From the NCBI GenBank assembly GCA_964035545.1, contig OZ037765.1, positions 18,166,995 to 18,230,994 on the forward strand: 64,000 nt of DNA, in the 5' to 3' direction. The notes under the pieces were generated by a model. That model had not been told where the DNA came from, did not search any database, and saw nothing but the letters and a program-made list of their open reading frames with translations. Within the stretch, counting starts at the first letter, position 1. Each line of letters begins with the position of its first letter. Shown in pieces: positions 41,228 through 57,966 of this stretch. This DNA is from Bugula neritina (lineage: Eukaryota > Animalia > Bryozoa). Both the position numbers and the translations under genes were made by a program.

Positions 41228-42205
41228 TTTTGTTGATGAACTAATTGATGTTTCTGACGCCAAGAAGTCTGCTAGAATAATGAAACAACAACTCCCTATC
41301 AAAACGACATGTCGCATAAAAGCGCTATAGCAATAATAGTTACTAAACCCAAGGGGGGCAATTCCATTTTACAGAAGTGTTCTGAATTTAGAAAATATAA
41401 CTCTGCAATCCAAGGTTATGATAATAATGATATAGCTCTAACTTATAATAACATTATAATGGTAAGTAAGGGAATTTTAACAACAAAGTTGAACACAAGT
41501 TAATTGTATGCAAAAGTATATGAGCAGATCTAGAATCTGTTTTGACATTTAATAGTAGCTTTTACTACCATTTAGAAGTATTGTAAAATAAGGCTTTTAT
41601 TGTCGGTTTGAGGGGCAAAATTTGCATATAGTTTTCACAATAATATCGATTATTTCACTTTTTTCAGTAAAATAATAAGATACTGTTTCTCATGATTAAA
41701 ACCATCTAATGCCAGTGTTAATCAACATTTATCAAATTTTTAAAAAAGCGCATGTTTTAGCTAAGCTTACAAGTTTCTTGATTAACTTTCATCTACAATA
41801 CATAATTATTTCTATTGCTGCAACTAGTCATAAGATGTATTCACCTAATCGTTGAAAAAATCCGAAGAAATTCTATTCCAACATAAAATATAATTTTTAT
41901 ACAACCTCAATTCAATTTCGAATGAAATATTTCAGTCATAGGGGTAAATAGCAAATATGACACATAATTTTTGTATTAATAATATAAATTTATAATCATG
42001 TGCAAAATCAAGTTGTTGTATGAAGTAATAAATTGTTTTTTGTTATAAAATGATGCTGGCATGACATACTGCAGAGTATTTCTAAACTAAGTTGAAGAGG
42101 TTCTGAAAATGAAAGTTAATTAGACCTTTCAGCAAAATTTTACTCACATGCAGTTTTAATGATATAGACTAGAGTATAGTTTTGATGATATACATGGTAC
42201 TCTGT

Positions 42206-42252
42206 TCTGTGCTGATGAGGGGACAAACCCCGAAACAGCTGTTGTCCACAGG
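42206..42252 (+). ncRNA. Minimal type I hammerhead ribozyme, copy 1 (intact core)
   Basis: Stem I ctgtg(42207-11)/cacag(42247-51). Core CTGATGA 42212-18. Stem II GGGG-acaaa-CCCC. GAAA 42232-35. Short, near-palindromic stem III acag-ctg-ttgt. GTC cleavage triplet 42244-46. Confidence 0.88.
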
Positions 42253-42477
42253 TTAAGATATAATGCTCTCACTTAATGCTAAGCAAAGACATTCAGTGAT
42301 TGAGCTCTCTCACCATGGTCACAAACTCAAGCTGCTAGCATTTTGCAAAGCTCGTGACTCCTAGGTGACCCCTAGGGTCACTTGAGCACTCTGGCTTGAG
42401 TTCACACACCTTTCAAATATGCTTTAGTAGAAACATAAGTTTCTACTATTGCGAAGGTGTGGGCCATGGTACTCTGT

Positions 42478-42524
42478 TTTGTGCTGATGAGGGGACAAAT
42501 CTTGAAACAGCTGCTGTCCACAGA
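42478..42524 (+). ncRNA. Minimal type I hammerhead ribozyme, copy 2 (weakened stem II)
   Basis: tgtg-CTGATGA(42484-90)-GGGG acaaa TCTT-GAAA(42504-07)-cagctgct-GTC(42516-18)-caca. Stem II is mostly G-U pairs. Confidence 0.78.
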
Positions 42525-42532
42525 TTGATATA

Positions 42533-44173
<1,641 letters not shown>

Positions 44174-44178
44174 CTCAA

Positions 44179-44225
44179 TCTGTGGACAGCAGCTGCTTCG
44201 GGGTTTGTCCCCTCATCAGCACAGA
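44179..44225 (-). ncRNA. Minimal type I hammerhead ribozyme, copy 3 (inverted; GAAG in place of GAAA)
   Basis: Minus strand reads tctgtg-CTGATGA-GGGGacaaaCCCC-GAAG-cagctgct-GTC-cacaga. The A15.1>G change probably impairs cleavage. Confidence 0.78.
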
Positions 44226-44263
44226 ACAGAGTACCATGGCCCACACCTTCGCAATAGTAGAAA

Positions 44264-44266
<3 letters not shown>

Positions 44267-44320
<54 letters not shown>

Positions 44321-44348
44321 CCTACCTACCTACCTACCTACCTACCTA
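44267..44348. repeat. (TA)n followed by (CCTA)n microsatellites
   Basis: Seen directly. Confidence 0.93.
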
Positions 44349-44473
44349 CTGTGTAAATATACTATATGCATTATTGACGTGTTTTTGTGCAGTGCCTTTT
44401 TAAATTCAGGCAGTGAGTAAATACTGACTTTTATGCTGCCTATATTTGACAGAACAGAAAAACACTGACATAC

Positions 44474-44710
44474 CAGTCGCATCTGAAGACATCAGGCTGT
44501 GTTTCCTTAAACCTATAATCAAGTATTATTCGATCACTGTGCATACACAAATCAATGAGTAATGAAGTATCATCAATTGCTGTTTTGTTACCAAAAATTT
44601 GTTCAGATGCAAAGATGTAGCTGGAATATTTAGTGTTTGATGCAGCATTTAGGTCTGCATGAAACTTGACAGCTTTTTTATTGTCAAACAATTTTCCATA
44701 CTTCAAAGCC
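44474..44710 (-). CDS. Candidate internal exon of an unidentified gene
   Basis: 237-nt open frame bounded by tagcag| and |gtatgt, phase 2-2 (ALKYGKLFDNKK...QPDVFRCD). No family recognised; partner exons not established. Confidence 0.35.
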
Positions 44711-45679
44711 CTGCTAACAAAAGATACAATTTTACAAGCATAAATTCCAAAAGTTGAAACTTGCGTGAGAATTTATGAAGTTTCTGTCAACTACCAGTTT
44801 ATTAAATTTATATGGGTACAGCATATATAGCAAGATTTATTGCTGAGTGGTGTTATGTATTAGCTGTAACCAAAATGACATAGGCAAACAAAAACACTGG
44901 CTACAACCTAGATTGAGCAACTTTTTTAAGGAAGATAATTCTACGCTGTAGCTCACTAATGAAATTATATGGCCAAGTTATTAGGTCATGCGTAGAATTG
45001 ATTGACTTCCTTCAAGTATGTAGCTAAAGCAAGAAATTAGTAAATGTATATTTTTGAAATTGTATACTAGGCTGAATGTTAATATAACTTATAAGCATTA
45101 CATAAAAATATGTAATGAAAATGAGCGTGTTAAATTACTTCAAGATGTGATTATGGATATGTACTATGTACGATATTATAGTGATGCACTAGTTTTCACA
45201 GAGATATAGTCTTTATTATATGTACTTAATAAAAAGTAGTGATAGTAGCAGATATTATTGGAAAACCTGTTTATAGTCTTGCAATCTGCAAAAAACATAT
45301 AAACAGCACCATGGCTTGATTTGAACTGGTATTAGAACACTTCCATAATTCAGGTGGTAGTTTTATACAAATAGTTATTTGGTAAAATTCTTCAATACAG
45401 AATTATCTTTCCTAATTATTATATGGGGCCATAACACATTCACGAGTTAGCAATGAAACGCTACTAATAACTAATGGGCGTGCAATTATAGTAAAGCAAA
45501 TATTCGGACTATTGTTGTTGCAACTCATGAAAATCTGCATAATGATAAGTCATGATTTTAATTTTTACTTGGATTTTAGAGTGAACAATTGTGAATTTGA
45601 CCGCCCATACTCGTAGAAATTTGCACTGGGCTTTATAGTGTGATAATCATAAAAGTAAAATTACATTTATTAAACAGTA

Positions 45680-46260
45680 ATACTACTTAATAGTACTACT
45701 ACTCTACTACTAGTACTACTACTACTACTACTACTACTAGTACTAGTACTACTACTATTACTAGTACTACTACTACTAGTACTAGACCTAGTACTAGTGT
45801 CTATTCACTATTGACTATTGTCGTACAGTTACTGTTAGTGTTACACTTACTGTCTAGTACTAGTACTAGAGTAGTAGTAGTAGTACAAGTAATACTAATA
45901 GTATCACTATTACTATTACTATTAGTATTAGTATTACTCTATTAGTATCACTATCAGTAACTGTAAAGCGTAAGCGTAGTAACTATCAGTATTACTATTA
46001 CTATTAGTATTAGTCTATTACTATTACCATTAGTAAGACTAAGTTTAAGTTAATAAGTAGTTAACTTAATAGTAATACATTAGATTAATACTTGTTGTTA
46101 AACTTAATGTTATAGTTACTTTTACTAAATCTAATAGTAATACTAATACCAGTACTTATGGTAATAGTTATACTAAAATTAAGATTAAGTTAATTTAACT
46201 TACAGTTACTCATACTCATACTGATAGTGATACTGTAAGACTAAGTGCAAGTCACAAGTG
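45680..46260. repeat. (TAC/TAG)n and TAN-triplet low-complexity tract upstream of GDH
   Basis: Seen directly. Confidence 0.8.
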
Positions 46261-47208
46261 TAGACGGTAAAGTGTTAATTGTAAAATTTGTAAAAGAAAA
46301 TTGGTGAAAGTATTGTACTTGTAGTATTTACAGTTCTAATTATGAATTTATCAATATAATTGTTTATGTTCAGGTATTTATTAATAAGGGATATCGCATT
46401 GACTTGGTGTAATCTTTAGAGAGTTGATGTGATTCAGTTGATTAAGATGTTTGTAAGGTATAGCACATGTTGTGCTAGGCTGGTGGCTCATTTCCTGCAT
46501 ATATTAATTGCGGTGCATTTACTTGAATTATTAAAAATTTCTTCTGAACTGTTTTTAAACACCCTAAAACATTCATGTTTGTTTAAGGAACCCCTGATTT
46601 TGCTGAACAGTTTTTGTTTTTTTCTATTTAATTTTGTATAGTTATTTAATTAAAAGCATGCTCTATAAATATTGCAGATACTCATTAATAGGCTTACTAA
46701 TAAATTTCGAGTTTAACTCATTCAAGTTGAAAAAGTTAATAATTTAATTATGCTAGTTACTCTTAGTCTTCAAATGCCTGCTTATTACAGTCATTAAACG
46801 TTGTAATTGTTAATTATTTTTTGTAAATAAGTTTCGATATAATTAATTTTTTGTCAGCTCTGATATGAAATATGATTAGTTACTGTCTATAGAAACTAAT
46901 TTTAAAATAAATTTTTCATATCATTTTCATTTGAATTTTATATTACTAATGTTTTCAGTTTGTTAGTCATGATCTTCATTGCTTAGAATGCTTATAATGG
47001 AGTTGTGTGGTGTTAATTTTGTTTTGTAATTCACAATAATAAAGATGAATCAATGCTTCAATGTGTTATGTATTGGCACTTTACTGTATGATTTATCATA
47101 CTGGCACTTTAATATATTTGGACATGTTCGTAGTGGAATTTATAGATTATTATTAAAATGTTGCATTTTATCAATTAAGTTGATTGTTGTGGTTAATTTT
47201 AGATAGAT

Positions 47209-50675
<3,467 letters not shown>

Positions 50676-51488
50676 GCAACTCAATCTCGTTTTCAATTCA
50701 CCAGGAATTCTCATCACTACTAGCTGCCAGGTTTTTGGTGCAAATATTAACATATTGACAAGTTTTATTTGTTTTTGAGATTGCACTTCAGGTGTTTTTG
50801 CCAATTATTTTTGCTTTACTTTATAATAAACCATTTTAAAAATTGAAACTGATTAATTTATTGTAAAAATAGTAAAATATCAATCATTAAAATAATCAAC
50901 AATATAGAGATGTTAGCACAAATAGCAAGAGAAGTGGAACACAATAATGAAATTTCTCTACATGTAACCATCATCTTGCATAGAGAGAAAATAGTTAGTT
51001 AATTTAGCAGGTAATATATGAAGAGACCTTTTTGGAAGAGTCATAAGTTTAGCCTGTAATTCTACATTTCTTTTAGTTTGTATCCGAAGAGCCTTGGGTA
51101 CTTTCAGCTCCCTACCAAAAAACAAAATACAGGTACAATATTATTATACAGTGGTCCAGACTGCGGGGTCACCTGTTGGGTTGCTAGAGTCCCATTATTT
51201 GGCTCTATTGTGATATACACACTCCTGCAATATACATTTTATGATTCATTAGCTACTTGCGAAATATAGCTGAATCTCGCATCCTTGTTGACAAAATATG
51301 ATACTTGACATAAAACTATAACCTGTAAACATTGTGTTGTCTACATTGCGTTAGAAAAGCATAGGGTGAATAAAAATAGGTGTTGTAGGCCATTAGTACG
51401 ATTGTGCGCAGACAACCAATTCCTTCCTATTATTAGTTCATCTCTAATATTTCAATGCAAGGATAAAAATATTCGCACATATAGAATA

Positions 51489-51833
51489 AGCCTAGGGCCA
51501 CACGGTGCGTATTTTCGCATGCGAAAATTAAAATCACAAGTAGCAAAGGTGTCCACTGTAGCGTCAGTGATGCGTGATAAATAAAGCTTTCATTTTTAAA
51601 TCGCACTCGCTTTCAATGAAACGCAATTTGCTGGAATATAGCACTAAATAAAGAAATTGGGCTCGCTGAATAACTACCAGCCAATTAGGTGACGACGACA
51701 GAGACGATTCGCACTTGCGTTGAAAATGCAGAGCGACAAGTGCGAATGTTTTCTCAACGCGCACAGTGGACACCTTTGCTACTCGTGATTTCAATTTTCG
51801 CATGCGAAAATACGCACAGTGTGGCCCTAGGCT
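51489..51833. mobile_element. ~345-bp MITE with ~70-bp TIRs (AGCCTAGGGCCACAC...), TA/TWA flanks; possibly PIF/Harbinger-type
   Basis: 51489-51559 is nearly the exact reverse complement of 51763-51833; flanked by TA on both sides. Confidence 0.85.
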
Positions 51834-53261
51834 TAATTGCTGCTTCAACTATCGGATCCAATAAATGCATGAAACTATGTTGGCAGTTTTACCAGTAAAT
51901 GGAAATGAGACAAATAAACCAACATGATAATAAACCTATTGGAAAGATAAGGAAGGCTAAATTATAAATAAGTGCCTCAAGTTATGCAACATTGTATAAT
52001 ATATGACATACTACATTCTAACATAATATTATTTCCTTCACTTGCCTATATACATCCTAATAGGATATGGGGTGATTCAGATGGCACCATAAATGGCATG
52101 TAAATAAACTGCAACCCTAATCCTATACTCATCAATAATTTTTACTTTCATTAATTCAGTATAAAGTCATTTAACTTAGCTTCCTCATGCTTTAAATGAC
52201 TATTTTGAACTTATGATTTTTAGACTATGCACAAAGGTCACCACACCTCTTGAAGAGAAGGTAGTTTGCTAGAGCTTTGCTGCAGCTGTATGAAACTACT
52301 GCGTTACGCATTTGTATAGCTTGAAAATTAGAATATGCAGCTTTAGCAGTTTGGTGTTGCCTTAATTTTTATAAAAAATCTACATTTTAAGGTTTGGGGT
52401 GTGGGATGACTATGCCAACTTTAATAACAGTAATCCTGAATGGGTGTTAAAAAAGACATTCTCTGAAACTGTTAGAAATAAACCTCAAAGAGCACTTTTC
52501 GTGGAACAGTGGAAATAGAGGAAGAAACAGAATACAGAAGCTTTCAATTTAATGCATATAACATATATATATTAGACAAGTAGACTCAGCAGTGTCAATT
52601 TAACTGATCAGCTGTTGACAGACAGATAGCATTAGCCAAACCTACATCCTTAACTTTCATCATCATCTAATAGTTTCTCTGGCCTGATTGTAGCAGAAAA
52701 AACTGCTGGTTGCATAAAGAAACTGCCAACGCATTCAAATATCAAAATAATCCTACAATTATAGAACCACCAACTAAAGTATATTTTCTACTAGATCAAT
52801 GAAACTTTGGTAAATAAAACTATTTTACTAATAAAAATAATCAATTATTACAAAAAAGCTATTTGATTGATTGATTGATTTCAAAACAAGTAGGAGTAAC
52901 TTGGATATAGTTATTACCAGAAATATATAGAAAATTCCTACAACGCCCAAGTATTTGTTTTGTTTAGAATGTTCTACAAAACGTATACAGTTCAAATATT
53001 CACCTAAGTCCTAATACTACAGGAAAGATTCTCTCATTTCAAAAAGTCTGATTCAGACTACGGCTATCATGATTGAAAGAGAAATTTATAACTATTTTTG
53101 CAAATAAGAAAATTATTTCAATGGTAGGACAACTTTTGAGAATTATTAGAAAATCTACTTCACTTTTTTAAAACGCAGAAATTTCTAATGACGATTACAG
53201 TTTTGAAAAATGCATAAATAACATGATGCAAACTATTTGACATTAGAAATTTTGTTGTTAC

Positions 53262-55312
53262 CTGGTGCTTTCACTAGAGTGTGTATCAGAAACTTTGGAT
53301 TCTTTTAGTAACTTGGGGTTACAACTGATGGAATGTAAATTTGCAGCTTGCGCGATTGAATCCCCGGAAACTGCTCCTCTGGTAGTAGAAACTTCCTTAG
53401 AACTCTTTGTTGTAGCCTTCTTAGGTTCAATAGACTTTAATGCATCTTTATTGGACGCTCTAAAGGTCTTTTTTGACTGAGGTGCTTTGTAAGCACACTG
53501 ATAACTAGTTTGATTTGTAGCAGCGAAAGAGATCCCTGATTTTGGTTTTCTTGTTTTAACAGCATCTTTGATTTTGTTATTAGTTTGTTTTTCTTTACTT
53601 ATTAAAGGAGCTGTATCTTTTATTCTAGTATCAACAGAAGAAAATTTACGTCTACCTAATGGTTTGATATTGCACATCTCTTGAACTTCCTAAAGACAAA
53701 CAAAAATATAAAACTTACAGTGAAATATATACAAAAGGTGATACTTTCAACATCTAAACAATGTACACTTCACTAGTTGATTTACACACATGAAATTTTG
53801 ACGAAATTATTCTGAGAAAGCTTAGTAAATATTGGAAATCAAAACAAAGTTTTAGTACAATTAGGCAGGAAGAGGTGTAAAGGTGCTACCACAAAAGAGG
53901 CTGTATTGTGCAGATTTCATGCGGTCAACATGCTCAATGAATACTGCAAAAATTTTTTAGATCAGTGATATAATTGCTTGATATTATTTAGTGGTTCCAC
54001 TTTTTGCACTTTAATTTATGTTTTTGTTTCAATCAATTGCACATTATCGTGAATAGCGAGTGAAATTTCATGACAGACAATAAAGCCATTGGCAAATGTT
54101 CCAGCTAACAGATTTTGTGTGGCAGACACACTCCCACATCAAATTTTCACTAAATATGGTTTAGCACAAAAAATGCCACTCCCATGTGGCTAGCCAAAAA
54201 CTTTAGATGAGCGTGCTGATGATAACAGAGTTCACAGACAGACGTATATGCAGTCGCTGCGGCATTAGATTAATGTGTGTGACACGAGTGACACATACAT
54301 GCTTTATGTATACATACATATGTATTAATGTACCTGCTCATTTACACACACATATATACGCACAAACACTTGCACTATATTGTAACATGCAAAGACATAA
54401 TATAGCTAAACAAGTTATGATTTTTTATACCTTGTCTTTTACTGTATTTCGGACTTTTTGCACTTTTTCTAAAAGCTGATTGATTCTTAACATATCTTGA
54501 TCAACTGCTTCCACATCTTCAGTAGGAGTTGTTGCCTCTTTGTTCTCTTTTTCAGTTTTAGGTAACTCAATAGGCTCATTGTAATAACCAGTGCTAGGAC
54601 AATATGTGCAAGCAGAAAATTATTTGCTAGTTATTAAAAGGCTGAAAGTTAAGTTAAACACCGATAAGAAAATGTACACAATATTTAGCAATCAACCTAC
54701 CATAAATCAGAAAGTAGTGATTGTAGAAGCTGACATTCTTGTTCTAGAATATCATTTTTCATCTCCAGATAAGTTGTAAGGTTATGCATGCTCTTAACCA
54801 ATCTAAAATAACTCCATCAATTTATGTGCAGTCACAAGATAACACAACACTAATGGCTAATCACACCATCTATATTCTGTGGAAGCCCTCAAGAAATAAG
54901 TTATATGGCAAATATTTGCAATTATCTTGATTAGGAGTTGTGTCTACTATGCCCACTGGTCAACAAACCACAAAAATTCTCTCAAGTCTTATTTTTCTAA
55001 CAATAGCAACTAAGAATCTATTTTTACACAATCATTGAAATACAACAATACAATTGCTACAGCCTAAATACCTATTTCCGGCAAAAGCAATTGTATAGCA
55101 CAATTAAAAATCTATTCAACATCTAAATCTGGACACTTTTTATGTGGCTGTTCTAATGAATGCACCATCATAGTGGATACAACTCTTAATAAAAACATGA
55201 GTATTTGGGCTATTGGAAAAATTGATTATGCAACATCTATTAATTCTTTACACAGTACTAATAAATTATTAAAAAAAATATATATAAAAACTTACGCATC
55301 CAGTTTTGCCAT
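53262..55312 (-). CDS. Uncharacterised multi-exon gene, N-terminus resembling TEDC2 (tubulin epsilon/delta complex 2); 3' part unresolved
   Basis: In-phase exons 55296-55312 (MAKLDA), 54701-54802 (LVKSMHNL...LEQECQLLQSLL), 54431-54593 (INQLLEKVQKVRNTV) and 53262-53689 (K/S/T-rich linker). The TEDC2 resemblance is from memory of motif order only. Confidence 0.55.
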
Positions 55313-56969
55313 TTCAAGACCACCATATAGCTAAAAAATACACAAAAAATATTTTTACATAAGCTCTGTGAATAACTGATTAACTATTAGATATATTCTG
55401 TATCAAACAATAATTGCTTTATATTTAGAATGTATTGCATCTCCTGGCAAAAGGCTATAAATGTCACATAACACACCACCAGCTTGTATAATAATGTTTG
55501 TTATTGCTATTGCTCATGCTAGCAATAATAATAGTAAATGTAATATGTAGCATGAATCTCAACCCAAATTATCTGCAACTGCAAATAAAAAAGCATTGTG
55601 GTGTTAATAAGATTTAAAAAACACAAACTTTTACGCATTAAATGGGGTTTCATCCCTTTTACAGAAAAATTACGTATAGACAAAATTAGATTTACAATAA
55701 ATTGCTTTAGCTATTGCAATTGAGTAAATGCTTTTTAAATCAGTATGAATGATTGGATAGTAGTAGTAAATACGAATGCTTATAACAATATTTAGAGTTT
55801 TGCCTTTTCTGGGTTAAACCCTTTGTCAAAGAACATATGTTTTCATGATAGTTTTCCCTCATGGTTAGTGAAATGTATTAAATGATCAGAAAAACGATAG
55901 TTTGTACAAGTTTATTTGTTTTATTTTTTCATCTACAAAATGGTTACATTTTCATTTTTTCAAATGAGATACAAACTAGACCAATGTTTTTATCTAGTAG
56001 CCGTAATATCCGCCAAAAACCTTTCAAAAGTAGTTTGTCATCGTCAGCAAACACAATTTAATAGGACATTACCGCAATGATGTTGCATTTTATTGTTGCA
56101 GGCCACTCCCTCAACCTCTTGGGGCTCTTCCCTATACATAGTTGAGGCCAGCATATAAAAATACTACTACATTTTATGATTTCATGAATTTTAAACTGTT
56201 GTTCATTTTAAAGCCTAATTTATCAGTGTGCTGCACTAAATAACATAAAATAATCCTACTATTAATATTGTAGTTTTATAATTACTATGATAATAGTTTA
56301 AATGAAAATAAGCTAATGTTAAAGAATGATAGTAAAAGCATTTAAAAAAACTGACAAATTGAATTAGTAGCATATGCAGTATAACTAAAATGGTAACCAC
56401 TGCTATCTCATGTATAATTTCCAAAGCAGCAAAAACCCTTTAATAAAGTTTCTCAAAAGCTGCTTTTACAAAGATTCAACTCTGGCAATAGAACTTGGCC
56501 CCAAACAATGATGTAGTTTAAAAATATTCTGACTATATTAAAGCAACAAGTAATAATAGATGGCTAAGTATTAAGTAAGTTGCCAATTTTTCTAGCGATT
56601 TACGTATTATAAGACCAAGTGCATTGCTTGGAAACCTATTGTATTACATTTACTATTAGTATACAAATAACAGTCGTGTTATCAAAATCCAACAATTTAA
56701 CACTTCCACAACTGTTTTTTGCATTTCGTATTTGTAACAATGTTCAACATCTTTAACTATAATTTAAAAGTCGTACCAAAAGTTTTCTACAGAAAAGCAA
56801 CTTTTCACATAGCATTGGCGAAACCAGCAGAAGGGCGAGAGCTTTCAACAAATTTAAATTCATTTGCATGGACGTTTTTTTTCTCTAAACCCCATTTAAT
56901 TGTTTATGCACCAAACTGCAGATTATTATTATTATATAAGAGATAATATCAAGTATATAATTTTATTTT

Positions 56970-57370
56970 AATACTAAAATTATTGTCACAATCAGTATTA
57001 CTATTAGTACAATATAATTATAACTATAATTATTAGTATTACCATTACTATTAGTATTAGTACTAGGCTACTACTATTAGTATTAGTACTAGGCTACTAC
57101 TATTAGTATTAGTATTAGTACTAGGCTATTACTATTAGTATTAGTATAACTATAGGATTAACTTTAAGTACTACATTTACTCTTAGAGTTAGTATTTGAC
57201 TGCTAATAATAGTATTACTATTACTATTAAAGTTAATAACAATAGTCAATACTATTACTATTAGTATAAGTATTAGTATTAAAAATAATATTAATAAATT
57301 TATTGATGAATTTAAATTTTAATATTAAATTTATTACTCATACTTATACAGTCATACCGAATGTTACTGA
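56970..57370. repeat. TAN-triplet low-complexity tract (tattag/tactag repeats)
   Basis: Seen directly, in the divergent region upstream of SMG1. Confidence 0.8.
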
Positions 57371-57827
57371 TACTGATTATTACATCAGATCTAAACACAG
57401 ATTCAGATTGCAAGAAAGTTTTACCTCATCTTAATCTTAAAGTTAATGATCTTACCCTTAGGTAATCATAATCATAATGATAATGAGTAATTTGAGGTAA
57501 TTTAAACAATTCAAAGAAACACAACCGAATATTATTTTTTGAGTCCCAGTAGCTTAGGAAGCCTATGGCACAATTAGACTATTTTTAGTTTTAGTTCATT
57601 GTATGGCACACAAATTAAAATACAACATGAAATTCATATAGTGACTAACATTGACCATCACTAAGATTCGCTAAAACTGTAGAAGCAAAATTTAAAAACG
57701 AAGCTCTACTAACAGTAGTTTTATTAGGTTTATTGCAGGTAAAAATGCACTTGATTAGGTTCATTGAATTTATTGCGTACTTCTATTTATCCACTACAAC
57801 AACAATAGCGATGGGTTTCCCTGCTAA

Positions 57828-57845
57828 TGACGTCATCATGGCGGC
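57828..57845. promoter_or_regulatory. CRE palindrome (TGACGTCA) next to a YY1-like ATGGCGGC motif, putative SMG1 core promoter
   Basis: TGACGTCA at 57828-35 and ATGGCGGC at 57838-45, ~125 nt upstream of the SMG1 ATG in a locally CpG-containing patch. Confidence 0.45.
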
Positions 57846-57966
57846 CATCAAAACGTGATGAGCGCAGTTTCAGTTTAGTATAGATTACAGTAAAAATTTT
57901 ACAATTTAAAATTTTCTTGACCAGGATTTAGTAAAGTGCATTCTAACTATCCGTTATGTAGTCCTA

